Position numbers and translations under genes: made by a program. Of a stretch of 47,785 bases of DNA, positions 36,859-45,893 are shown in pieces. Within the stretch, counting starts at the first letter, position 1, and each line of letters opens with the position of its first letter. The DNA is from an uncultured Gammaproteobacteria bacterium. Lineage in GTDB: Bacteria > Patescibacteriota > Patescibacteriia > UBA2591 > UBA6264. The DNA lies in assembly GCA_964576065.1 (NCBI GenBank), contig CAZNTW010000001.1, positions 6,079 through 53,863 on the forward strand, given 5' to 3'. Below the pieces are notes generated by a model. It did not search any database and was not told where the DNA came from. It was given only the letters and a program-made list of their open reading frames with translations.

Positions 36859-37431
36859 ATGTCAAGAATAGGAAGAAAACCAATTAACATTCCTCAGGGA
36901 GTGGAAATAAAAACGAGCGAACAAGAGCAGAATAATAATCAAGAGAGAAAAGTTACAGTTCGCGGGCCTAAAGGGGAATTATTTATAAACTTGCCCAACT
37001 GTTTTGAAATTAATCAAGAAGCAGAGATTTTATTGATTAAATCAAGAAATTCTAGAGATAGAAAAGAAAATGCTCTTTGGGGAACCTTTACTCGCTTGAT
37101 TGCTAATATGGTTCAGGGAGTAAGCGTTGGTTTTGAAAAAAAATTAGAATTAATTGGGGTTGGTTATCGCGCTAAAGTAGAAGGACACAAATTAATTCTC
37201 GGCCTTGGATTTTCTCATCCGGTTGAGTTTCAAATTCCGGAAAATATAAAGATAGACGTCAGCCAAAATTTTATTATCATTCAGGGATTTGACAAACAAT
37301 TGGTAGGAGAGGTGGCGGCCAGCATTAGGCGTTTAAAAAAACCAGAACCATATAAAGGTAAGGGAATTAAATATATTGACGAAATTATCAAAAGAAAGGC
37401 TGGGAAAAAAGTTGCGACAGCAGCCGGTTAA
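36859..37431 (+). CDS. rplF: 50S ribosomal protein L6
   Basis: MSRIGRKPINIPQGVEI start and the EPYKGKGIKY motif. Confidence 0.95.
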   Translation: MSRIGRKPINIPQGVEIKTSEQEQNNNQERKVTVRGPKGELFINLPNCFEINQEAEILLIKSRNSRDRKENALWGTFTRLIANMVQGVSVGFEKKLELIGVGYRAKVEGHKLILGLGFSHPVEFQIPENIKIDVSQNFIIIQGFDKQLVGEVAASIRRLKKPEPYKGKGIKYIDEIIKRKAGKKVATAAG

Positions 37432-37446
37432 TTTAAAATTGTTTGT

Positions 37447-37809
37447 ATGAAAACGCGCAAAAAACAAATTCAAAGACAAATGAGGCATAAAAGAGTAAGG
37501 GCTAAAATAAAAGGAACAGCCGAAATTCTTCGATTGGCTGTTTTTAGAAGCAATAGGTTTATTTACGCTCAACTGATAGACGACGAGAAAATGATTACCT
37601 TGGCTTCGGCTAACGATAAAGAGGTAAAAAAGGACAGGAAGAGCAGTTTAACCAAAGTTGCCGTTGCTTTGGAGGTGGGTAAACTTTTAGCAAAAAAAGC
37701 CTTAAAAAAAAATATCAAGAAAATAGTTTTTGATCGAGGAGGTTATAAATATCATGGTCGAGTAAAGTCTTTAGCTGAAGGAGCCAGGGGAGGAGGATTA
37801 GAATTTTAA
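37447..37809 (+). CDS. rplR: 50S ribosomal protein L18
   Basis: [18 protein letters not shown] and [20 protein letters not shown] motifs. Confidence 0.95.
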   Translation: MKTRKKQIQRQMRHKRVRAKIKGTAEILRLAVFRSNRFIYAQLIDDEKMITLASANDKEVKKDRKSSLTKVAVALEVGKLLAKKALKKNIKKIVFDRGGYKYHGRVKSLAEGARGGGLEF

Positions 37810-37813
37810 ATTT

Positions 37814-38302
37814 ATGATGAAAACAAGAGGAACAATGGGTCCGTCATTGCCCGGCGTAAAAACAGAATCAGAATTTGTTCAACAAATGGTTGATTTAGCT
37901 CGGGTTACCAGGGTGGTTAAGGGCGGGAAAAGAATGAGTTTTCGCGCTTGCTTGGTAATTGGCAATAATAAAGGAGAAATTGGTTATGGGGTGGACAAGG
38001 GAGCTAATGTCTCTATGGCTGTTGAAAAAGCTTTGAGGCAGGCTAATAAAAATTTAATTAAAATTCCAATTATTAACGATACTATTCCTTGTCAAGTAAG
38101 AACAAAATATAAGGCGGCTATGATTTTATTAAGACCGGCTAGTCGCGGGCACGGAATAGTGGCTGGCAGAGTATTAAGGACTGTTTTGTCTTTAGCCGGG
38201 ATTAAAAACGTTACCGGTAAGATTTTAGGATCAAGGAGTAAAATAAATAACGTTAAAGCGGTTTTCAAAGCATTGGATTCTTTAAATAAAACGATAAAAT
38301 AG
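37814..38302 (+). CDS. rpsE: 30S ribosomal protein S5
   Basis: VTRVVKGGKRMSFRACLVIGN and GHGIVAG motifs. Confidence 0.95.
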   Translation: MMKTRGTMGPSLPGVKTESEFVQQMVDLARVTRVVKGGKRMSFRACLVIGNNKGEIGYGVDKGANVSMAVEKALRQANKNLIKIPIINDTIPCQVRTKYKAAMILLRPASRGHGIVAGRVLRTVLSLAGIKNVTGKILGSRSKINNVKAVFKALDSLNKTIK

Positions 38303-38311
38303 GAATATAAT

Positions 38312-38761
38312 ATGGCAATTAAACTATCTAATTTAAGTTCAGCGCCTAATTCAAGGCACAGAAAAAAAAGAGTCGGTCGCGGTAACAACGCTTCTGATCA
38401 GGGTACTTATTCCGGACGAGGGCAAAAGGGGCAAAAATCCAGATCGGGCGGAAAAGGAGGACTCAAATTAAAAGGACTGATTGGAGTAATCAGAAAATTT
38501 CCCAAAAATAGAGGATTTAAAGCCATGTCTCGGGTTTTTTCTGTGGTTAACGTCAATCAATTAGAAAAATGTTTTGAAAACGGTGAAATAATTGACGCGC
38601 AGAAATTGGCAAAAAATAAACTTGTAAAAAAGGAAAGCCAAGAAATTAAAATTTTAGGCCAAGGAAAGTTAAGTAAAAAATTTATTGTTAGGGCGCAGGA
38701 ATTTTCAAAAAATGCGGAAGAATCAATAAAAAAAGCGGGAGGAAAGGCGATCAAGATTTAA
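38312..38761 (+). CDS. rplO: 50S ribosomal protein L15
   Basis: RKKRVGRGNNASDQGTYSGRGQKGQKSRSGG motif. It follows rpsE after 9 nt, so there is no room for rpmD. Confidence 0.94.
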   Translation: MAIKLSNLSSAPNSRHRKKRVGRGNNASDQGTYSGRGQKGQKSRSGGKGGLKLKGLIGVIRKFPKNRGFKAMSRVFSVVNVNQLEKCFENGEIIDAQKLAKNKLVKKESQEIKILGQGKLSKKFIVRAQEFSKNAEESIKKAGGKAIKI

Positions 38762-38949
38762 AATTCAAAAGTCAATTTATTGGTAAGTGAATTGATTGGC
38801 GAAAAGAAAACAAAAATTAGGATATTTATTTCGCGAGTGAAGTGAATATCAATAATTTTACATTTTAATACTTCGATTTTACTCAGTATCAATCCTGAGA
38901 TTGATTGAAGGATTGAGATTTACATTTTAAATTTGAACATAGCGACATT

Positions 38950-40224
38950 ATGTTAGAAAAAATAATAAAAATTTGGGGAATCAAAGACTTAAGGAATAAA
39001 ATATTTTTTGTTTTTGGTCTTTTGATTATTTTTCGTGTGGCTGCCCACATCCCGATTCCTGGCGTTAATTTAGCCAACCTTAAAGAATTTTTTTCCAGAA
39101 ATGAAATGTTGGGAATGTTAAATGTTCTTTCCGGCGGGGCTATGGCAAACTTTTCTTTAGTGGCTATGGGGGTTGCTCCTTATATTACAGCTTCTATTAT
39201 TGTTCAGCTTTTGACTATGATTATCCCGCGATTAGAGGAATTGAGCAAAGAGGGTAGCGCCGGTTATCAAAAAATCAATCAATATTCGCGTCTTTTAACC
39301 GTTCCCTTAGCGATTATTCAGGGTTATACTATGATTATGTTATTTCGCCAGTCGGCCCAGGCGGTCATTGGCGATCTTTCAGTTATGGAGATGATAAATG
39401 TTTTAATTGTTATGACTGCGGGTACAGTTTTTTTGATGTGGCTGGGAGAGCTAATCACGGAAAAGAAAATCGGGAATGGTATTTCTTTAATTATATTTGC
39501 CGGTATCGTGGAAAAATTACCAATTTCATTACAACAAGCGATTGCGACTTTTTCTTCAGAACAAGTGGTAAATTTATTAATTTTAACCATTTTGTCTTTG
39601 ATTACCATTGCCGGAGTTATTATTGTTACCGAAGGGCAACGCAACATTCCCGTTACTTACGCTCGTCGGATTCGTGGCAATCGTATGTATGGAGGAACAG
39701 ATACTTATTTGCCGCTCAAAGTGAATCAGGCCGGAATGATTCCGATTATCTTCGCAATTTCCATTGTTTTGTTGCCGGGATTAATCGGACAGCTATTAAC
39801 GCGCGCTGATTCCGGTTTAATGGTTAAGTTGGGAGGCTTTTTAACGGCGATATTTCAGAATCAACTCATTTATGGGATTATTTATTTTATTTTAGTCGTT
39901 GTTTTCACTTATTTTTATACAAGCATTATTTTTCATCCCACTCAAATCTCCGAGCACTTGCAAAAACAGGGCGGATTTATTCCCGGATTACGCCCGGGTC
40001 AGCCAACAACTGATTATTTAGCCAGGACAAGCAATAGGATAATGTTGGCCGGAGCTTTGTCTTTGGGCTTAGTCGCTGTCTTACCGGTTATTGTTCAAAA
40101 TGTTTTTAGTTTTTCCACCTTCACTATCGGTGGAGCTTCTGTTTTAATAGTGGTAAGCGTGGTTTTAGAATCAGTCAAACAGATTCAAGCGCAGATTTCC
40201 ATGTATGAATACGAAAGGCTTTAG
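38950..40224 (+). CDS. secY: Preprotein translocase subunit SecY
   Basis: 424 aa with 10 TM helices. Contains the GVAPYITASIIVQLL and GISLIIFAGI motifs. Confidence 0.96.
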   Translation: MLEKIIKIWGIKDLRNKIFFVFGLLIIFRVAAHIPIPGVNLANLKEFFSRNEMLGMLNVLSGGAMANFSLVAMGVAPYITASIIVQLLTMIIPRLEELSKEGSAGYQKINQYSRLLTVPLAIIQGYTMIMLFRQSAQAVIGDLSVMEMINVLIVMTAGTVFLMWLGELITEKKIGNGISLIIFAGIVEKLPISLQQAIATFSSEQVVNLLILTILSLITIAGVIIVTEGQRNIPVTYARRIRGNRMYGGTDTYLPLKVNQAGMIPIIFAISIVLLPGLIGQLLTRADSGLMVKLGGFLTAIFQNQLIYGIIYFILVVVFTYFYTSIIFHPTQISEHLQKQGGFIPGLRPGQPTTDYLARTSNRIMLAGALSLGLVAVLPVIVQNVFSFSTFTIGGASVLIVVSVVLESVKQIQAQISMYEYERL

Positions 40225-40266
40225 ACAACAATTAGTTAGGATTTAAAATTTAAACGAATCGTTTTT

Positions 40267-40920
40267 ATGACAAAAAAAATTTTAAACCTTATTATTTTAG
40301 GTTCGGCCGGATCCGGTAAAGGCACGCAGGCTAATTTGCTTGCTCAAAAATTTGGGTTAAAAATAATTGAGACCGGAGAATTAGTTCGTAAAGCCGAAAA
40401 AGAGAAAACCCCGCAAGGGAAATTGATGTTTCAAATGGATAAGGCCGGAATGTATTTTTCAGACGATCTTATTTTTAATCTTTTTCAATCTGTTTTTAAA
40501 AAAATAAAAAATAATCAAGGGCTTTTGATTGACGGCTATCCAAGAACGGTGGGGCAGGCTTGGGATTTAAGCCGTCTTTTAGCGCCAAGAAAAAGTCAGT
40601 TAACCTATGCTATTTATTTCAGAATAAGCGAAAAAGAGTCCTTAAGCCGTCTTCTTAACAGAGCCGTCTGCGTTAACTGCAAGAAAATATTAAGTTCGCG
40701 GAAAATAAAAAAATGTCCCAATTGTGGCGGAGCAGTTGAAGTAAGGGATTATGACAAAGACGAAAAATCAATCAAAAAAAGAATTGCTTGGTTTTGGGAA
40801 AGAGTGATTCCAGTTGTTGAATTTTATCGCCAAAAAGGAATGTTAATAGAAGTAGATGGCGTTGGGTTAATAGAAAAAGTTTTTGAAGATACGGTTCGAA
40901 AAATAAAAAATAAAATATAA
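40267..40920 (+). CDS. adk: Adenylate kinase with a zinc-type lid
   Basis: P-loop GSAGSGKGTQ, LIDGYPRT, and lid cysteines CVNC...CPNCG. Confidence 0.93.
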   Translation: MTKKILNLIILGSAGSGKGTQANLLAQKFGLKIIETGELVRKAEKEKTPQGKLMFQMDKAGMYFSDDLIFNLFQSVFKKIKNNQGLLIDGYPRTVGQAWDLSRLLAPRKSQLTYAIYFRISEKESLSRLLNRAVCVNCKKILSSRKIKKCPNCGGAVEVRDYDKDEKSIKKRIAWFWERVIPVVEFYRQKGMLIEVDGVGLIEKVFEDTVRKIKNKI

Positions 40921-40924
40921 TAGT

Positions 40925-41686
40925 ATGTCTTTAATTAAAACGCCTGAAGAAATTAAATTGATGCGTCAGGCGGGAAAAATTCTGGCTAAGACATTAAATC
41001 AGACGATTCAATATGTTAAACCGGGTGTTTCTACTTTAAGATTAGATCAAATTGCGGAAGATATTATTTTAAAAGCCGGAGCAGAACCGGCTTTTAAAAA
41101 TTATTCTGAAGGAGATAGTATTTACCCCGCTACTATTTGCGCTTCAATCAATGAACAGATTGTTCACGCGATTCCTCGTTCGGAAAGAATTATGAAATTG
41201 GGCGATATTATTGGGATTGATTGCGGGGTTAAGTACAAGGGTTATTATTCTGATATGGCCATTAGTGTTCCGGTTGGAAAAATTTCTTCTGACGCGAAAA
41301 AAATATTGGATGTCACTGAAAAATCTCTTGTTGCGGGAATCGCTGTAGCAAAAGATGGAGATCATTTGGGAGATATTTCTTGGGCCATTCAATCATTGGT
41401 GGAAAAAAATAATTTAACTATTATTAAACAGCTTTGCGGACACGGTATTGGCCGAGATCTTCATGAGGAACCGGAAATTTTGAATTATGGTCGGCCGGGG
41501 ACAGGGTTGAAATTGAAAGCGGGTATGGTTTTAGCCATAGAGCCAATGGTAAGCGCCGGAGATTGGCGAATAAAATCAAACTGTGATGATTGGGCTATTG
41601 TTACGGCTGACGGTAGCCTGTCCGCTCACTTTGAACATACAATTTTGATCACGGAAAGCGGGGCGGAAATTTTAACCAAAGAGTAA
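40925..41686 (+). CDS. map: Type I methionine aminopeptidase
   Basis: Metal ligand context DIIGIDCG, GHGIG, AIEPM and FEHT. Confidence 0.95.
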   Translation: MSLIKTPEEIKLMRQAGKILAKTLNQTIQYVKPGVSTLRLDQIAEDIILKAGAEPAFKNYSEGDSIYPATICASINEQIVHAIPRSERIMKLGDIIGIDCGVKYKGYYSDMAISVPVGKISSDAKKILDVTEKSLVAGIAVAKDGDHLGDISWAIQSLVEKNNLTIIKQLCGHGIGRDLHEEPEILNYGRPGTGLKLKAGMVLAIEPMVSAGDWRIKSNCDDWAIVTADGSLSAHFEHTILITESGAEILTKE

Positions 41687-41695
41687 TTTTAAAAA

Positions 41696-42085
41696 ATGAG
41701 AATTTTGTCTATCGATTTTGGGATAAAATATGTCGGTTTAGCCGTGGCTGACAGCGAAATAAAAATAGCCATGCCTTTTAAGATTTTGAAAGTAAAAAAT
41801 AAAAATCAACTGTTTGGGGATTTAAAAGAAATTATTAGGGCGGAAAGAGTAAATAAAATTGTTGTTGGACGGCCGGTTGGGTTAAGGGGAAACATAACCA
41901 ATCAAACAAAATTAACGGACGATTTTGTTGATTCTCTTAAAAAACAAACAAAACTACCTTTATCATTTTTTGATGAAAAAATGACAAGTAAACTTGCCGA
42001 CAAGATGTTAGGCGGAAAAAGCAAAAATCATTCAATCGCGGCCACTATTATTTTACAAGATTATCTCAATAAAAATTTTAAATAA
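41696..42085 (+). CDS. ruvX: Holliday junction resolvase-like RuvX/YqgF
   Basis: ILSIDFGIKYVGLAVAD N-terminus. 129 aa, RNase H-fold family pattern. Confidence 0.82.
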   Translation: MRILSIDFGIKYVGLAVADSEIKIAMPFKILKVKNKNQLFGDLKEIIRAERVNKIVVGRPVGLRGNITNQTKLTDDFVDSLKKQTKLPLSFFDEKMTSKLADKMLGGKSKNHSIAATIILQDYLNKNFK

Positions 42086-42088
42086 ATT

Positions 42089-43192
42089 ATGGCCCTCAGT
42101 TTTTTTATTATCAGCGTAATTTTTAGTTTTGTTCTTACTTTTTTAGTCAGACGGTTGGCTTTAAAATGGGGGGTAATTGATAAGCCTGATTTAGTCAGAA
42201 AAATTCATTTACGCCCGGTGCCGCTTTTGGGCGGCTTGGCGATTTTTTCTTCATTTTTTATTTTTTTATTTATCGTTAAACAAGTTAAAGGCTGGCCGAC
42301 AGATTTAGTCTTAAATAAACATTTGATTGGTATATTTTTTGCCGGTTTGATTTTAATGGTTGGCGGATGGCTTGATGATAAGTATGATTTTAAGCCGCGT
42401 TGGCAAATTATTTGGCCGATCCTGGCCTGTCTGACAGTAATCGCCAGCGGAATTGGCATAGAATATATCAACAATCCGTTTTCTTCTTTATCAGATCAGG
42501 GCGGCAAATATTTTTATCTTAATCAGCCTAAAATTGAAATTATTCGTTTAGGCAACGTCCCGTATTATTTTACCCCCTGGTCAGACTTGATAACGTTTAT
42601 TTGGTTGATGGTTCTAATGTATTCAACCAAATTACTTGATGGTTTAGATGGATTAGTTTCGGGATTATGCTTTATTGGTTGTTTAGGCATTGCCGGACTT
42701 TGTTTTTTGACTAAATTTTATCAACCTGATATCGGCCTGATAAGTTTAATTTTGTCAGGCTGTTTTTTGGGCTTTTTGTTTTTTAATTGGCATCCGGCCA
42801 AAATTTTTTTAGGGGAGGGGGGCAGTCTTTTCGCCGGTTTTATTTTAGGGGTTATTTCCATTATTTCCGGCAGTAAAATAGCGACCACTTTTTTAATTTC
42901 CGGATTAGCCGTAATTGACTTGGTCGGCGTAATAATCCAAAGACTTGTTAATAAAGGCTCTCCGTTTGTCGCCGACAAACGGCATTTGCATTTTCGTCTT
43001 TTGGACGCGGGCTTGTCTCATCGTTCAATAGTTGTTTTTTATTGGCTGGTGGCTTTAGTTTTTGGTTTAACGTCTTTGTTTTTAAAGACAAAAGGAAAAA
43101 TAATATCCTTGATAGTTTTATTTGTTTTGGCAATTTTTTTAATCGCGAAATTTTTTATAAAAGAAAAATTGGAGAAAAAATACAGCAAATAA
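42089..43192 (+). CDS. Glycosyltransferase family 4 polyprenyl-phosphate sugar-1-phosphate transferase (MraY/WecA family)
   Basis: Polytopic protein with the LDDKYDF (DDxxD) and TKLLDGLDGL motifs. Confidence 0.72.
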   Translation: MALSFFIISVIFSFVLTFLVRRLALKWGVIDKPDLVRKIHLRPVPLLGGLAIFSSFFIFLFIVKQVKGWPTDLVLNKHLIGIFFAGLILMVGGWLDDKYDFKPRWQIIWPILACLTVIASGIGIEYINNPFSSLSDQGGKYFYLNQPKIEIIRLGNVPYYFTPWSDLITFIWLMVLMYSTKLLDGLDGLVSGLCFIGCLGIAGLCFLTKFYQPDIGLISLILSGCFLGFLFFNWHPAKIFLGEGGSLFAGFILGVISIISGSKIATTFLISGLAVIDLVGVIIQRLVNKGSPFVADKRHLHFRLLDAGLSHRSIVVFYWLVALVFGLTSLFLKTKGKIISLIVLFVLAIFLIAKFFIKEKLEKKYSK

Positions 43193-43267
43193 TTAAATTT
43201 ATCGGCGCTGGAATAAGAGGGTAAGCGCCAAATTGACAAAAAATCTTCTTAAAATTATAATAAAAAT

Positions 43268-44800
43268 ATGTCAGAAATCAATTTAAATCAAGGAGAAATC
43301 GAAAAAGTGTTATTTTTTGCCGAAACAAATTATCGGAATCTTCGACAAAAGTTTGGCATTAAATCAAAAGATCGCCGTCAGCATATGTATGTTGTTGGAA
43401 AGACCGGGGTGGGAAAATCAACCATGCTGGAGAATATGGTTTATCAGGACATTCAATCTGGCCGTGGCTTAGCAATAGTCGATCCTCACGGCGAATTGGC
43501 TGAAAAAGCTTTGAATTTTGTTCCGGCCGGCAGAATTAACGATACGATATATTTTAATCCGGCCGATACTGACTTTCCTTTCGCCCTAAATGTTTTAGAA
43601 AGAGTTGATCCCAGTCATCGTCATTTGGTTGCTTCTGGATTGGTTGGCGTTTTTAAAAAAATTTGGGCTGATTCTTGGGGTCCGCGTTTGGAATATGTTT
43701 TAAGAAACGCAATTTTGGCTTTATTGGAATATCCGGGAAGCACGCTTTTGGGCATAATGCGAATTTTAGTAGACAAACAATTTAGAGAAAGAGTGGTTGA
43801 TCGTTTAACCGATCCGGTGGTAAAATCGTTTTGGGTGGAAGAGTATCCGAAATATCCCGAACGTTTGAGAAGCGAAGCTGTGGCGCCGATTCAAAATAAA
43901 GTTGGACAGTTTTTATCAACGTCGTTGATTAGAAATATTGTCGGACAATTTAAAACAAGTGTAAATTTGCGTCAGGCGATTGATGCCGGGAAAATTATAG
44001 TTATGGATCTTTCCAAGGGTAAAATTGGAGAAGACGCTTCGGCTCTTTTGGGAGCGATGATGATTACCAAACTGCAAATGGCGGCGATGAGCCGAATTGA
44101 TATTCCCGAAGAAACTCGTCGTGATTTCTATCTTTATGTTGATGAGTTTCAGAATTTTGCCACAGATTCTTTCGCCAATATTCTTTCTGAGGCCAGAAAA
44201 TATCATTTTAATTTGATTATTGCCCACCAATATATTGGACAACTTATGACCGACCAAAGCACCAAGGTTAGGGATGCCGTTTTTGGTAATGTTGGAACGA
44301 TGATTGTTTTTCGGGTTGGCGCCGATGATGCCGAATTTTTAGCCAAAGAATTTTTTCCGCGTTTTGACGAAACTGATTTGGTCAATCTTGATTCGTATAA
44401 TATTTATCTAAAATTAATGATTGACGGAATTACTTCAGATCCGTTTTCCGCAATAACGCTTCCGCCGCTTTCTATGAACGAAAATAATAAAGAAAAAATA
44501 ATCAGGGTTTCCCGCGAACGTTATGCTGAACCGAGAAAAATCGTGGAAGAAAAAATCGCTCGTTGGAGCGGAGTGATTGAAGTCGGACAAACCTTACCCC
44601 AACCATCCAGAGAAAAGTACGAGGCAAAGTGTGATAGTTGCGGTGTAATGGTTTATGTTCCGTTTCTTCCCGATGGAGTTAGGCCGGTCTATTGCAAAAA
44701 TTGTTTAAAAAAAAGTCAACAAATAAAACCGGTTTTTTCAAAACCAACCGCAAAAATATTGTCGAACGCGTCCAACAAAAGTAAAGAAAAGCCATCTTAG
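43268..44800 (+). CDS. FtsK/HerA/VirD4-like P-loop ATPase with a C-terminal CxxC-x17-CxxC zinc ribbon
   Basis: Walker A (VVGKTGVGKST), Walker B (FYLYVDEFQNF) and a conserved IAHQY segment. The tail is CDSC-GVMVYVPFLPDGVRPVY-CKNC, with exactly 17 residues between the CxxC pairs. Confidence 0.7.
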   Translation: MSEINLNQGEIEKVLFFAETNYRNLRQKFGIKSKDRRQHMYVVGKTGVGKSTMLENMVYQDIQSGRGLAIVDPHGELAEKALNFVPAGRINDTIYFNPADTDFPFALNVLERVDPSHRHLVASGLVGVFKKIWADSWGPRLEYVLRNAILALLEYPGSTLLGIMRILVDKQFRERVVDRLTDPVVKSFWVEEYPKYPERLRSEAVAPIQNKVGQFLSTSLIRNIVGQFKTSVNLRQAIDAGKIIVMDLSKGKIGEDASALLGAMMITKLQMAAMSRIDIPEETRRDFYLYVDEFQNFATDSFANILSEARKYHFNLIIAHQYIGQLMTDQSTKVRDAVFGNVGTMIVFRVGADDAEFLAKEFFPRFDETDLVNLDSYNIYLKLMIDGITSDPFSAITLPPLSMNENNKEKIIRVSRERYAEPRKIVEEKIARWSGVIEVGQTLPQPSREKYEAKCDSCGVMVYVPFLPDGVRPVYCKNCLKKSQQIKPVFSKPTAKILSNASNKSKEKPS

Positions 44801-44813
44801 CTGAAATTATGTT

Positions 44814-45893
44814 ATGAAAAAAATTGTTCTGTTTGTTTTATCATTTTTAATTGGAATTTTATTGGTAATCTGGATCTATCGGCATATCGGTTTGGATGAT
44901 ATTTTTTTGCGTTTTAGCTTTTTGGTTTGGTGGCAAGTCGCTATTCTTTTCTTTTTGGTTTTTTTAAAAATTTTAGCGTGGGTGATCCGTTGGAAAATGA
45001 TTTTAAAAACAATCGGATTCTCCAATTTGCCGTTTAGGTCTTTGGCTGGAGCCAGATTGGGAGAAATGGCGTTAAGTTATTTAACGCCCGGGTTTTATTA
45101 TGGCGGCGAGGTAGTCAGGGTTTTTGTCGCCAAAAATAAAATGGGAATTCCCGTTTTTAAGGGCATAATTTCCATTGTTATAGAAAGAATAATTGAAATT
45201 TTTTCGTTTTTTTTATTTTGTTTATTGGGAGTCTTTATTATTTTTTTAAAAGGCGATTGGGTTAATTTTGCGATTTTTTCCGGTTTATCCATTTTGCCGC
45301 TTATTGTTTTGTTTTTGATTTTGAAACTTATTAAGTCAGAGAAAATCATATCATTATTAAAATTGTTTAAATTTGATAGATTAAAACTTTTTGGCAATAA
45401 TCAAGACAACAATAAGGACGGTTTAGCTGAAAAAATAAGAGAATTTAATTCCGAGATAATTGGTTTTTTTAAAAAATCGCCTCAAGTGGCGTTTTGGGGA
45501 GTGATTCTTTCTGTTTTTGGTTTTTTTGTCGGCGCGTTAGAAATGGTTTATTTCGCTCATTTTTTAAAAGAATCTTTGCTTTTGACTGATGCGGTTTTAA
45601 TTAAAATAGCGGATACCTTAAGCGGCGCGGTTCCCATTCCGGCCACATTAGGAATATATGAGTGGGTTAATGTCTTAGTCTTTCAAATGGTGGAGTCAAG
45701 TGTAGAAACAGGCTTGAGTTTTAGCTTGATTTCGCGGTTAATTGACTTTAGTTTCGTCAGCATCGGACTTTTAGTGGTAATTTATTATTTTACCCATAAT
45801 TTATTGGGTTTTTCAAACAACCAAAAACAAGTCGATAGTATTTATAATGATGTAACCGAGCATCACAAAGAGACAAAAAATGACAGTCAATGA
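44814..45893 (+). CDS. Flippase-like membrane protein (lysylphosphatidylglycerol synthase TM-region/UPF0104 family)
   Basis: About 8 TM helices. RWKMILKTIG...LTPGFYYGGEVVRVFV resembles the family signature. Confidence 0.5.
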   Translation: MKKIVLFVLSFLIGILLVIWIYRHIGLDDIFLRFSFLVWWQVAILFFLVFLKILAWVIRWKMILKTIGFSNLPFRSLAGARLGEMALSYLTPGFYYGGEVVRVFVAKNKMGIPVFKGIISIVIERIIEIFSFFLFCLLGVFIIFLKGDWVNFAIFSGLSILPLIVLFLILKLIKSEKIISLLKLFKFDRLKLFGNNQDNNKDGLAEKIREFNSEIIGFFKKSPQVAFWGVILSVFGFFVGALEMVYFAHFLKESLLLTDAVLIKIADTLSGAVPIPATLGIYEWVNVLVFQMVESSVETGLSFSLISRLIDFSFVSIGLLVVIYYFTHNLLGFSNNQKQVDSIYNDVTEHHKETKNDSQ

